Below, piece by piece: positions 34,731 to 47,168 of a stretch of 64,000 bases of DNA. Made by a program: the position numbers and the translations under genes. The number at the start of each line of letters is the position of its first letter. Position 1 is the stretch's first letter. Under the pieces are notes generated by a model. It saw only the letters and a program-made list of their open reading frames with translations, made no database searches and was not told the DNA's origin. The stretch is from Entomortierella parvispora E1425 (lineage: Eukaryota; Fungi; Mortierellomycota). The DNA is taken from assembly GCA_020891255.1 (NCBI GenBank), contig BQFW01000013.1, positions 930,001 through 994,000 of the forward strand, given 5' to 3'.

Positions 34731-37700
34731 ATGACCGCAGTAGCGCCATCTGCCGAAGACCAGGCAAAGTTCCTCGAGGACGCCCTCGGCGTCGTCAAGG
34801 TCCAGTCTTTCCAAATGAAGCGCTGCCTGGTAAGTAGCGGGCCACGTCCCTCCAGAAAAACTACATGTGCTCTCGTCTCGAGTCTCGACACCCTCCATGT
34901 CGTGACTTGAATGACTTTTGACTTGGCTTGGCATCCCTTCTTGGGATACCAGGGACCCTCCTATGAGGCCCCTAATCTACCCGCCTTTGCGTACATTCTC
35001 CTATTCCGCACTAACCTGTCTGTTATGTTGCCGACAATGCAATCGTTTGTAGGACAACAACAAACTCATGGACGGACTCAAGCACTGCTCCACCATGCTC
35101 TCTGAGCTGAGAACCTCTAACCTCACCCCCAAGAACTACTATGAATTATGCAAGTAGCCTTCGCCCACACTCCAGTCGCAGGAACAATCTGCAGCGTTTT
35201 CACTTTTGGAGTCCTAACGACAAAGTTCTTTTTATAATTCTTCATGACACTCCAGATATGGCCATCTTTGACGCTCTTCGCCACGTTACAACCTACCTCA
35301 AGGAGGCTCACCAGAGTGGTCGTCACCATTTGGCCGATCTGTACGAATTGGTGCAATACGCAGGAAACATTGTCCCTCGTCTCTACTTGATGGTGACCGT
35401 GGGAAGTGTGTACATGGAGATGCCTGATGCACCCGTGAAAGAGATCATGCGGGATATGATGGAAATGACCAGAGGAGTTCAGCACCCAACCCGTGGATTG
35501 TTCCTGAGATATTACCTCAGTGGTCAGACAAGGAACGGTCTTCCTCTGGGTACTGAAGATGGGTAAGGAGAAGTGGATCAATAGCACTCAATTCTTGGCA
35601 TGTCTCTGATGAATACTGGAGAAGGCGGAGGCACTCAAACATTACATCTCATTTTTTTTTCTTCATTTTTAGACCCGAGGGCAACATCACAGATTCGATC
35701 CAGTTCATTCTTACCAACTTTATCGAGATGAACAAGCTCTGGGTCCGCCTTCAACACCAGGGTCACTCCAGGGAACGTGAAAAGAGAGAGATGGAGCGCA
35801 AGGAACTCAGGATTCTTGTCGGAACGAACTTGGTTCGCCTCAGTCAGCTTGACAGCGTTGACTTGAACGTCTACCAATCGGTAAATTGGAGTTTTGCTGG
35901 ATACTCAAGATGAATCGTATCTCGATTGCCCGATCTAACCAACCGTTTTACTTTCTTTACAGACGATTTTGCCTAGTGTTTTGGAGCAGATCGTCAGCTG
36001 CAAGGATGTAATTGCACAAGAATATCTTATGGAAGTCATCATTCAGGTAAAATACACGGGGGAAAAGAGTCGAACCACCCACGCGATCAAAAAGAAAAGG
36101 CGGACTAAATCTAACATCTTGCCACCACTAGGTTTTCCATGATGATTTCCATTTGAGAACATTGGGACCCTTCCTCTCTGCCACTGCTCAGTTGCACCCC
36201 AAGGTCAATGTCAAGCAGATTGTGATTGCTCTTGTTGATCGCTTGGCCGCTCATGCTGCCAGAGAGGCCGAGAACAATGACGAGGATGAGGCTTCAGAGC
36301 CTGCTACATCTCCCAAGGCCGCCTCTGTGAAGGCTGATGAGGATGCGGAAGAGAAGCCAGAGGGCGAGACGAATACCGAGGATGCCAGCGGAGAGGGCGA
36401 GGAGAGCACAGATGTCAAGGAGCACACCGAGGAAGCAACAGAGGAGGGCGAGGAAGAGGAGCAAGCCGCTCCTGCTCCCAAGGCTCCCAAGGTTCGCAAG
36501 ATCCGAGGTATTCCTGAGGACGTCAAGCTGTTTGAGATCTTTTGGGGCAAGATTGTCGAACTTGTTAGAGTAAGAAGCCTTTTTGTAATGTTGATCCTAT
36601 GCAGTTGATAGGGTCATTTGTTCGCTCTTTACTTATCTACACCTTATTTCCCCTGATAGTTCCGCCCCGACCTCTCCATCCAGGACATCACCGCGTTGCT
36701 TGTTTCGCTGATCAACTTGTCGTTGAGCTGCTATCCAGAGAACCTCGGCTACGCAGATCAGGTCTTGGGCTTTGCCAAGGACAAGGCAATCGAATACAAT
36801 GAGAACCCCGATCTTTTGCACAAGGAGACAGTGTCCAACCTTCAGAACTTGTTGATGGCGCCTATTCAGCACTACCCCTCCATACTCACTCTTTTGGAGC
36901 TTCCCAACTTCCCAGCTCTGCTCGCTCTCCAGCCATATCAGACTCGCCGCGCCATCGCCCATGCCGTTGTCGGCTCCATTTTGAAGAACGAGACTATTCT
37001 CAGCACACCCGAGGACGTCAACGGAATCTTGGAGATTTGCTCCGTTATGGTGCGCGATCAAAAGGATGGAGGTCACAACTCGAGCCCCTTCCGCAACAGC
37101 CGCAACAACCGCGGCGAGAGTGGAAGCGTCGACCCCGAAGAGTTTGCAGAGGAGCAAGGTCAGCTTGCCCGTATCGTGCACTTGTTCAAGAGTGATGATG
37201 CAGATGTCCAGGCAGCCATTTTGTCTGCTGCACGGAGACAGTTTGGCGATGGCGGTGAGCGTATCCGTTACATGTTCCCTCCTCTGGTTATCCAGGCCGT
37301 CAAACTCGCTCGGCGCTTCAAGAAGCTCCAGGATGTTGATGAGGGCTGGGAGAAGAAGTGCTCGACTTTGTTTAGATTTATCCACCAGGTCATTCAGATT
37401 CTCCATGGCCAGGTTGACAACTCGGATGTGGTCTTGCGCCTGTTCTTGCTTGCTGGACAGAGTGCGGATGAATGCGGTTTCGAGGATATCTGTTACGAGT
37501 TCTTTGTTCAGGTTAGGATTGTCATAATGTTTTTTATCATGTTCAAACACTTGATGACTCTGTGTATTAATGCAATGTTTGCATACTTTTTTTTAGGCAT
37601 TCACTGTGTACGAGGAATCTATTTCCGAGTCCAAGGCTCAGTTCCAGGCTATTACGCTGATGGTGGGAACATTGCGCACTACATCTTGCTTCAACGTTGA

Positions 37701-38121
37701 CCACTACGATACCCTCATTACCAAGTGTGCCCTCCATGGCGCTAAACTTTTGAAGAAGCCCGACCAGTGCCGCGCTGTTTATACCTGCAGTCACCTCTGG
37801 TGGGGCACGATGATTGTTGGCGAGCAGGAGGATGGCGAGGAGTCTGTTCAGCCTTACCGCGACGGCAAGCGTGTGCTTGAGTGCCTCCAGAAGGCTCTCA
37901 AGATTGCAGACTCTTGCATGGATTCGATTACGAACGTTGAGCTGTTTGTCGAGATTCTCAACCGATATATTTACTACTTTGAGAAGCAAAATGATTCGGT
38001 GAGTGCAGAGAAAGAGATCATCGTGTGCGATGGCGAAAAGCATGGTGCGTTGATCTGATATCGTGTTGTACTGACTGATGTTGTGTTTTTCTCTTTGTTC
38101 TTTTCTCTTTATTATTTTCTC

Positions 38122-38173
<52 letters not shown>

Positions 38174-38410
38174 GTTACGGTCAAGTACTTGAATGGATTG
38201 ATTGATTTGATCAACACCAACTTGGGCAACATGGAAAACCCAGACCAGCACCCGCCTTCGTCCAACTCTTCGTCGCTGTTGGAGAATGACCCAGCGCACA
38301 TTTCGGACTATGTCAAGGCGCACTTCCGCAACACGATCTACCACCTGGAGCGTCGCAAGAACTCTGGCGACGAGAAGTACGCGCAGCTGGATGCCAGTCT
38401 TGTCAACTAG
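34731..38410 (+). CDS. VPS35: Vacuolar protein sorting 35 (retromer cargo-recognition subunit), multi-exon
   Basis: [25 protein letters not shown]; [17 protein letters not shown]; [12 protein letters not shown]; [15 protein letters not shown]; [13 protein letters not shown]. Confidence 0.97.
38127..38170. repeat. (AC)22 microsatellite immediately before the 3' splice site of the last VPS35 intron
   Basis: The repeat ends at 38170 and is followed directly by the acceptor TAG. Confidence 0.95.
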
Positions 38411-38609
38411 GCCTAATGGGCGAGACTTTTTAGGTAGCCGAAGAGGTGTTGGTGTCCAGAAAGTAGTGAGTGGTGGTCGTCCCCTGCATAGTTAGTAGTT
38501 AGTTGTCAGTTGTCTGGAAGAAGAAAGAAAAGAGTGGAAATGAAGAAATCTCTCAACAACAGACACAACGCAACATTTCAGTGCGCCCTGCACGTTGCCA
38601 TGGGCGCAC

Positions 38610-38640
<31 letters not shown>

Positions 38641-38932
38641 AAAAAAAGAGATGTGACTGCAAAAAGGAAGGGGACCCACAAGCACACGCGCGTGTCAGCG
38701 CACCCAAAGGTGCTGTTGGTGCTTGTCCTGTCTTCCTGTCTGTCTCTGTCTGTCTGTCTGCTTCGCTTCTTTTTCTTTCTTTTCTTGTTCATTCTCTTCT
38801 CCATCAACTCTTCCTGCTTCCTCTTGCCTCGTCTTCCCTTCTCCCTTTCTTCCTCCCTTCATCGCTTCTTCGCTTTCTCGTGCTCCTTCTTGCTCCCTCT
38901 TGCTCCGTCTCTGTCTCATCATCAACTCCGGT

Positions 38933-38951
38933 CTCCATTCTCCATTCTCCA

Positions 38952-38985
<34 letters not shown>
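38933..38985. repeat. Heptamer tandem repeat (CTCCATT)3(CTCCGTT)4 just upstream of the MCT1 ATG
   Basis: Read directly from the sequence; a 10-bp TGCTCCNTCT x3 repeat lies at 38881-38910. Confidence 0.9.
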
Positions 38986-39009
38986 TTCTACCCCGACCCT
39001 ACACTCAAG

Positions 39010-41783
39010 ATGGCCTGCTCATCTGTCCGCTCCGCCGTCGTTGACAAGGTCACCGCTGCCCCCATAACGACCTTGGCTCGAGGCATCCTCCCAAGGACCT
39101 CTCGGTCCTCAACCACATCCGCCCCTAGGGCGACCTCATCCCCCATACTCTCTTCGACCTCACCACTACCCTCACCACGGCCGGCCTCACAGAACCTGAT
39201 CCGGACTTCTTCAACTGCGCCTGTCTATTCTGTTTCCTGGCCAACCCACTCTAGTTCAAGCTCAAACGCATCATCACCACCCACGGCGCCGGCAACTGCC
39301 TCTACGATCACCTCAAAACCGTCCCCCGCAGTCGTGTCTCCTTCACGGTCAAACAGATTCGTACCGAGGAACAGGAGATCCTTGGTACAGTCCCAGTCCC
39401 CCTTCTGTTGTGTTCATGTTCATTGTTCCTTCTCCGTGCTGGCAATGCTCCCAAAGTAAAGAGAAAAGGAAGGAATGGATGTACTGACAATGCCCTTGTT
39501 GTTTTCCCCTCCTTGTCTATCCCCTCCTTCAAACAGACATCTGCGGGAGGCCATAGTAACAACTGGGCAATCTTGTTTCCAGGTAAGAAGAAAAAAGAAG
39601 GGAAAAAAAAAAAAGTAGAAAAAGATCAAGAAGTCAAGGGAGCGGAGGGAGGAAGGAGTGATCGATGATGTCGGCCCTGTATGTCATGGTTGGACAATGC
39701 AAGGCTGGTTGCAGCCAACCGCGAACTAAAACAAAGAAAAAGGACGCATCTCCTCCCACGAGGGGTGCAGCAAGCGACAGAACGAGGGGGATTTTCAAAG
39801 GGACTACGATGTAGGGGACACAGAACACAGGGGGAGAGGGACAAACCCAAATGCCGAAAAAAGAAAACTGTGGGGAAAGGTCGCACCGCTAGCCATGGTG
39901 ATGACACGGCTGCCACTTTATAGTGCGGATAGACGGATACGTAGTGGACGCTTTATTGCCGTCATGGCAAGTCCCCCTCTGGTGCATCTCCATCGGGATG
40001 CTGGCAACCTGGCAACTGGACAACTTGACGGACAGTCAAGATCTGGATGGACAATGTTGGGTAAACGACCTCCAGTGGAAAGAGGAGAAAAGGAAAAAAA
40101 AAGAGGAGTCATCAAGGTTCAGCGTGGGCGAATGACTTGACTTGTTTGTGCAGTGGGACGACCGCACCTTCCTAAAGGGGACCAGCCGGACCTCTAAACC
40201 TTGACGGGTCCCCTCTGTGGTTGCGTGTTTGCTTGGCCTTACCTTCACCTAGTCTTTTGCTGGAGGGTGCCGGTGTGGAGAAAGGGACCTTGTTCGCTGG
40301 ACGGAGAGAGAAACCCGGTGGACCAACAAGAGCCAGAGCCCGTGTGCATTGTGGGCTTGCTGGCCGGAAATATTCTCACGATCTAGGATTTTTTTTATTT
40401 TTGCAACACGAGCTTTTGACTCTGCTCCATCGATCTTCCTTTTTGCCTCGCTCCCTTTTGTCCTGGATCGGGGAGCGTGGGGATGGGCAAGTGGATCGAA
40501 AGCAATTGAGCCACGATATTAACCATTGCTCTTTTTCAATGTCGACATTTAGGTCAAGGCTCGCAGTTTGTTGGGATGGGCAAGGACTTGTACGACGCCT
40601 ATCCTGCGGCACGTCAAGTCGTGGACGAGGCCGACGATGCCCTTGGCGGCACGCTAAAGCATGTCATGTTCGAAGGCTCACAGGAGGATTTGACTCGGAC
40701 AGAGAATGCACAGCCAGCTATTTTGACCACATCCATTGCGATGCTGCGTGTGTTAGAGCTGGAACGTGGATTCAAAATCGAAGACTCTTGCAGATATGCT
40801 CTCGGTCATTCTCTGGGTGAATACTCTGCTCTGGTGGCGACAAAGGCCGTGACCTTGCAGGATGCTGTGAAACTAGTGGTAAGTTTTGCACCTTTTTTTT
40901 CCTTTTTTTTTCTTTCTTTTTTTTTAGTCCGTTGCAATCACGTTGTCATGCGAGTATGATCTAGAAAATAGTCATTAATGCATCTCTCTGCCCTGCTGTT
41001 CATAGAGGTTAAGAGGAGAGGCAATGACGAAAGCCGTGACCAACAAGGGAACCACAGCCATGTCTGCACTTGTTGTTCGATCCTCAAAACTGGAAGAGCT
41101 GGTGAAAGCAATGGAGGAGATTCGTGAGACTCTACCCTCTGGCGAGCTTGCCGAGATTGCCAATATCAACAGCGTAAGAGACTGGGAACCTCTAAAGCAA
41201 TTATCATGTAGCGGCACAGAGTTCTAACAACATGCCCATCCCTTGTCCTTTAGTCTTTCCAAGTTGTCATCAGTGGAACAGTTCGCGGCGTGGACCATGC
41301 TTCCAGAATGTTGCAGGCTCGCAAGATTGCGGCTCGTGCTGTTGATTTGCCCGTTTCTGCACCTTTCCACTGCAGCTTGATGCAGCCAGCTGCCGATGCC
41401 ATGAGAGAGGCCTTGAAAGATGTCGAGTTCAAGAAGCCCACCATCAGCGTCATTTCTAACGTCACTGCTAAGCCTGTAAGTGGAACGATCATGTAGCGGT
41501 GTTCCATCTTGACTCAACGTATGTTTGGATCTCTTGCTAACAACAACGTTCGTTCACATGGTATTAGATTGAAAATGTCGAAGATATTTCAGATCTGCTG
41601 GTCAGACAAGTGACAGGAACAGTTCAATGGCACACCAGCATTGCGTATCTCCGGGAGCAGGAGGACGTTCATGATTACATCTCTTTGGGACCCGGCAAGG
41701 TCCTTGCCAATTTGCTCCGCAAAGAATACCCGACCGACTTTGTCAAGACCGTCACGACTGCATCCGACATCGAACAGTGGTGA
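39010..41783 (+). CDS. MCT1: Mitochondrial malonyl-CoA:ACP transacylase (FabD-like), multi-exon with long N-terminal extension
   Basis: WAILFP G|QGSQFVGMG spliced across intron 39583-40552; TENAQPAILT; GHSLGEYSAL catalytic motif; VSAPFHCSLM; GPGKVL. Confidence 0.92.
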
Positions 41784-42153
41784 TGTTGTCATCCTCTTTT
41801 ACTCTGCCCTCTTTTCTCTCTGCACCTTGATGACGATGTATCCCTAGAAGGATCTGTTTTTCTGCCAGTGTACCCGTGTATAACATCCCCACCCACTCCC
41901 CTCCCTTGTCATTCCACGAGTAATAAAACGCTTTTGTTGACAAGCAACCATTTCACTCTGCGGCAAGAAGAGAAAAAGAAGAGAAGAACAAAGAAAAACG
42001 TCCAAGGAATGTTGTTCCTCTGGCGCACAAAACGCGCCCAACACACCAAAAAGTCGCGTCACAGCCTTTGGCCGACTGCATGTATTTCATTCCACTCTTT
42101 GGTCATTCTCATCCTTTACTTGACACGACTCGACATTCTCCTCGGCGGATCCC

Positions 42154-44427
42154 ATGTATAGCTCATCCTCCGCGGCCTCAGCCTCGGCCTCATCCCCCAA
42201 CCCAGCAAATGCTCCTGCCGCCGCTTCTCCGTCCTCATCTAATGCTGGACCGGCGGTGACCCCACCGACATTGGGCTACTTTTGTGTCTATAACCCAGAC
42301 TTTGGTCCAACCGATGAGACTCAGCATGAGCAGTTGCTCTACTATGTGGCACGCAAGACCGTGTCGATCGATGCAAAGATGCGCAACATTGGACTGGCTC
42401 AGGGACTTGTTAATTTCGCAAGGTCAGGACCGCATGCGATGAATTACAGAGGAAAAATGGAATGGAATCCTTGTGATGAATTGCTGGTTTTTCTGTTCTG
42501 ACAACTCTCTTTGCTCTTGCTTTCAATAGGATATTCTCACCCAACGCACCCTGCGACAATGTACATTCACAAAAGAATCGACTCGTCTTTCTAGAGGCAG
42601 AACCAGGATATTGGTTGCATATGGTGCGTTTTCAGGAAAAAAGGAATCAGTACCCCTGGAGAGGGCCGGCCAACTCAGCGGTCGACTCGCTCATCCCTTC
42701 CTGTCTCTATCTTTAGAAACTAATGGAAACCTCGTTATCCTCTCCTTTAGTCCATAGAGCTAGGCACGACCAAGCGGACAGTCAAGGGAGCGGACGGCAA
42801 ACATCGAACCATCACAGAATATTTAGATCATGAGGTTCACGACACGGTATTGGCCGCATTATTGAAACAAGCTTATGGGATGTTCAGGGTTGCGCATGGC
42901 ACCATGGATGGAATTGTTCAAGCACACGAGGGCAACACTCGGCCTTTACAACGACTGTTGGAGGAGTTTTTCGAACCTTGGGTTCTGGGCTGGGATTTCG
43001 AACGGTCCATGACGTTGGAGGTGGCTTTGGACGGGATCAGCTATTTGCCCTTGTCACGGACGGGTTATTTGGGCGTCGATCGGCTCGTCAAGAGCGTGCG
43101 GGAGAAATTCGGGCGGGATGCTTCGGAAAGCGAGGACAAGGACAAGGCGTCCATGTTGACTCATTATATGGTCACGTTTGAGGATCTGCTGGTCTCGACA
43201 GATATTCGGGATGAAGATATGAAGGCGGTTTGGAAACAAGTCGTGAACCTGACAGGATACGAGGGTGCGAGCGCTATGGCGGCATGGGAACGCAAGGAGG
43301 AAGAGGAGGCCAAAAAGCGCAAGGTGAGGACGAGATTGTAATTGGCACCCAATGCTTTAGACTGAAATGCTGTCTCCGTTTTGCTGATCTTTTTTTTTTT
43401 TTTTTTTTTTTTAACCGTTTTGAACTTCAATATCGCACAAAAAGTCAACGTTCAAGTTTGGAAAGTCTTGGTCCAATTCGAGTATCTTTGGATTCTATCG
43501 GTCGAACCCTTCGACGACAACACCTCCCTCAACACCTCCTTTCCGGCCCATATCGCGTGTAAGTTCACCCGCACCGTCAATTCGAAGCGTGGATGGAGTT
43601 ACTACCACCAACAACCACAGTACGAACAATGGCGGGACATTGAGCACACTTAGCCTGGGTGCACCTGCATCAGGCTCAAGTCCTCGGCCCTCAGGAGATT
43701 CTGAAGTCATATTGACAACTGGAGGCAAGGCTTCTGTGAACCCTCTGTGGTTTGGCGAGTTTATTGCAAGCGAGGATGTGGACGAGCATTTTGGAATCTT
43801 GTACAAGGTAGAGTGGATGCTTTGTACCTTGTAGAAGTCATTTAGGTCGGCATCGATACTCTCGTGCTAACTCTCTGTTCCCATTGTTTGTATAGCACGG
43901 AAGTGGATTGAACCTCTCCTTCTTTGTGCCAGTGCATAGCGCTGAAGCACAAAGGTTGTTGGATGAACCAGAACAATTCTCACGAGAGTTGGAAGAGTTT
44001 TTGTCTCAGCTCTTGGAGGATCATTTGCCAGCCCCCTTGGAGAGCACAGGACCCGACGGTCCAAACTTTGTGGCACCCAGTCGGTCAGTACTGGAGGAAG
44101 TTTCGCGTCAGGTCATAAAGGATGCGATTACGGCACGGACTCTGGGAGGATCGCTTGCGAACGATAAAGAGATCCGGTTCTTGTACTTTAACAAGATGAA
44201 TTTGGCTATCAAGGCGCAGTTGGGATCTACTACAGGAAAGGGAGGCATCAATATGAGCTCTGATATGGCCTTGTCTTTGCTCGATATCAAGCAGGACTTT
44301 GACAGGTAAGCTGGCTGCTTGTATTTGGATGGCAGGTCATTCAACTCTTCCCCAGCTTCGCCCATTTTTGTTATTTTTTGTTTATTGCCCGACTCTATGT
44401 CTGACCTTTTCTGTGATTTTGGACGGT

Positions 44428-44463
<36 letters not shown>

Positions 44464-44779
44464 GCCTGATGCGAATGAGGTAACGGCACGTTCACCATCG
44501 AACCATTGGATTGTCGGGAAGCGGTTTGATGACCGTGAAGTGTACATGATTGTGTCGCGGAAGGACAGCACGCTGGTCGAAGTCGAGGGTATGTATCTGT
44601 GTCGCTTTTGATTTACCCATGACTTGGGAACATGTTGACTGATATCGCTTGGTTCCTTCTACTTAGACGAAGTGCGGAAATTGACTTCACTGTACTTTAA
44701 TATCAATAACTTGTCGTCTTTTGGTTCACATTCGGCCTCGCCATCGACTGTGGCCGGTACCACTCCATCCTTGCCATGA
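42154..44779 (+). CDS. CCZ1: Vacuolar fusion protein Ccz1 (Mon1-Ccz1 Rab7 GEF subunit), multi-exon
   Basis: LGYFCVYNPDFGPTDETQHEQLLYY...MRNIGLAQGLVNF; HSQKNRLVFLEAEPGYWL; RFLYFNKMNLAIK; WIVGKRFDDREVYMI. Confidence 0.9.
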
Positions 44780-45339
44780 CCCACTTACTGACAATAATAA
44801 TATTTATTACACAAAATCTCTAATATTCCGTTTCCACTGCTTGTTTTTCAACCCTCCTGATGTACTAAAGATGAGAGCTGCAGACAACGAAGGTTCATGA
44901 TCGTCCTGTTTGGTCGGGCTCCTGCATTGGGAGGCTACGCAATGTAGTGCTCTCTTGCCACCCTTCCTTAAAAAGCCTCTCTGAAACAACGACCCTCCTT
45001 CCTTTCTCTCCCCCCACGCTCTTGGTCTCTTCTAATACTCAATTCTCTCGGACGTAAAATTATAAATTTTATCTGGAATGCGCTTTGTGCCAACCTCCAC
45101 AATTGCAACACCAAAAACATATGGTGATTTTTTTTATCATGCCGCGATTGAGAAGGGCCATTCTACAGTTATATTGTAAGTGTGGGAACTGCGAGCTGTG
45201 AATGATGGTGCTGAGCGCTTGACCAGGGAGCGCTCAGTCAGGGGCCGCATGGTCAAAGAAGAGCGATAACGACAAGCACGCGATTTTCGTCTCAACTATA
45301 CTTTTTTTTGAGGAACATGCACGCGATTGGTTTTTTTAC

Positions 45340-45720
45340 TTACTTTTCAAGTACAAAATTACCTTCTTTCCCGTAGTTTACCTGCTTTTCAAGTACAAGT
45401 GTACTGCTCCTTGCCCAGTGTTTACTTCTCTTTCAAGTAAAAAATTACTCCTTTTCAAGTACACTTTTACTCCTTTTTCTTCCTCATTGATTTTGCATGG
45501 TGTTTTTTTTTTGGTGACCAATTGGCTGCAGCTTTGTTTATTTTTTCTGGGAGAAGGGAGTAAAAGTGTACCGCTTTTTCTTCCATTGCTGCAGTTTTGT
45601 TTATCCAGCACCTTTACTCACTTTTCACGGCCAACCTGGCCAAAAGCAAGTACATTTCCTTGACTTTGTGTCACGAAGAGTCTGAAGTTTGAGTAAAAAT
45701 TATTGAGGTACAGGACGCTG
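45340..45720. repeat. AT-rich degenerate direct plus inverted repeat cluster; possible MITE or DNA-transposon remnant
   Basis: TTT(T)CAAGTA(C) occurs 4 times (45344, 45386, 45431, 45452). Perfect 15-bp inverted repeat gtacacttttactcc (45459-45473) / ggagtaaaagtgtac (45557-45571). gctgcag(c/t)tttgtttat occurs twice. Confidence 0.55.
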
Positions 45721-47168
45721 AATTCTAATGGTAGCGTTCGGAGAAAGCTCACGGACCCGTGAGGCCAACGTCCGTAACGGAGTAATTGAACGAAATTCTC
45801 CCCTCTCTTTGCATGCACCTCCAAACACATACCCGTGACACCTTATAGTCCACCCTATGGACATCCATCGTCTTCTTCCTCCCCCTTTTCTCCGCTTATT
45901 TCCGAACAAGATGTTGCCCATGTCCAACAACAAACACGATATGTTCGTTTGGATTCTTTGCACCCCACAGAAACACTATTGTGGCTGCTCGAGGAATCCC
46001 ACCAGAGCGCGAACTATGGGTTTCCATGAGTCAACTCCATGAACGATTCTCAAGGCCCTGCGTCGGATCGAGGGATGAATCAATTGTGAGATGGCTTGCA
46101 ATTGAGCAACCATATCGACTTACGACAAAGGGTGGCGCTTGTAGGTCTTGGAGATTGAGTGTCTGGCGCATCGAACGAATGCCAGTCAGAGGCACGCGCC
46201 AAAGATCATTCCATCCCTTGGTTTGGCAGGATAACAAACTTGCCTTCTGTGCTGTGCGGACGTTTACCCCTGATATCAAAATTTGGATTGGCCCGTGGGT
46301 TGTTGTTTTGTGGTCAGTCGAACACCGAAGGGATGAGATGACAATGGCAATGGCAAGGCAATGGCTTCTAGAGGGTCCTCCTACGTTCTACAGAAATCCT
46401 CCTACTTTTTTTTTTTTTTTTTTTTTGGTTTTTTTGGTGAAGATTCTGGGGGCCATGAGCATGTCCCACCGACCGTTGAACCAAAACACCAACTGCATCT
46501 TCAGTGGTGATCATTCTGGCACCAAGCATCGTTCCTAGACAAAGCAGTCACCGAAACGGCAGCGTACCACTCATTCCCCCATGCAAACAACAACAGGTCG
46601 ACCTACTGTCTACAATGATTCAAGGATCCTCGGAATAGTTCCTTTACCCATTCAAAAAAAAAAAGGCAGATGAAAAGCCCCCACAACTGTCGCGTCAACA
46701 GCCACGTCCGTGCTGCATGCATTTTGTTCAGCAAATGATGTTGCACGAGTGTCTGGCATGTTGGGTACACTTATGATATGTACCAGTGCAAAATGAAGGG
46801 TCCCGTCTTGTCCAGCGCAATTAGCCACCCTATGCTTCGACTCTCAACAACAGCGACAACAATCCAGCCCCCGTAAGGATGTATGCCCTCAAAGTTTTTC
46901 CAGCCCATACACTTTGAAAGTCATGACAATCGCAAGGCTATCGTCGCTCTTCGCGCTTTGTTCCAGAGTACTTTCATGTTGCTCTGGCTCTTGACTCTGG
47001 GCAATGGCCGCTATCTTTCAAATACGAGCTGGCAGGCACAACCATGAACGAAAAACCAAGATGAACTATTTTTCTTTATTTGGCGGAAGCATTCCATCCT
47101 ATAATGTACTGTCATGATCTCTCCTTTCCAAGGATTTTGCTGTTGCTCGCGAAATACCGCGTTGCCCA

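Noticed and set aside
39048-39384. Alternative frame in MCT1 exon 1 with strong C-ending codon bias and two in-frame TAGs (looked like stop read-through, recoding or an antizyme-type frameshift)
   Set aside because: The bias is an artefact of the true frame being Ser/Thr/Pro/Ala-rich (second-position C). The ATG frame splices cleanly into the conserved FPGQG motif.
39890-40000. GTGATGA C-box-like motif in the long MCT1 intron (possible snoRNA)
   Set aside because: I found no matching CTGA D box with a terminal stem at a plausible distance.
7763-41783. Possible lipid or mitochondrial FAS-II gene cluster (PPTase, hydroxylase, carrier, MCT1)
   Set aside because: The genes are spread over 34 kb and interleaved with unrelated housekeeping genes, with no shared motifs seen. 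Chance proximity is sufficient.
1-44779. Co-location of the trafficking/autophagy genes ATG11, VPS35 and CCZ1
   Set aside because: They are widely spaced with no evident shared regulation; this is an ordinary gene neighbourhood.
45721-45790. Small hairpins (ctcacgg-a-ccgtgag) suggesting a tRNA or other ncRNA
   Set aside because: There is no cloverleaf, no T-loop GTTCRA and no A/B boxes.
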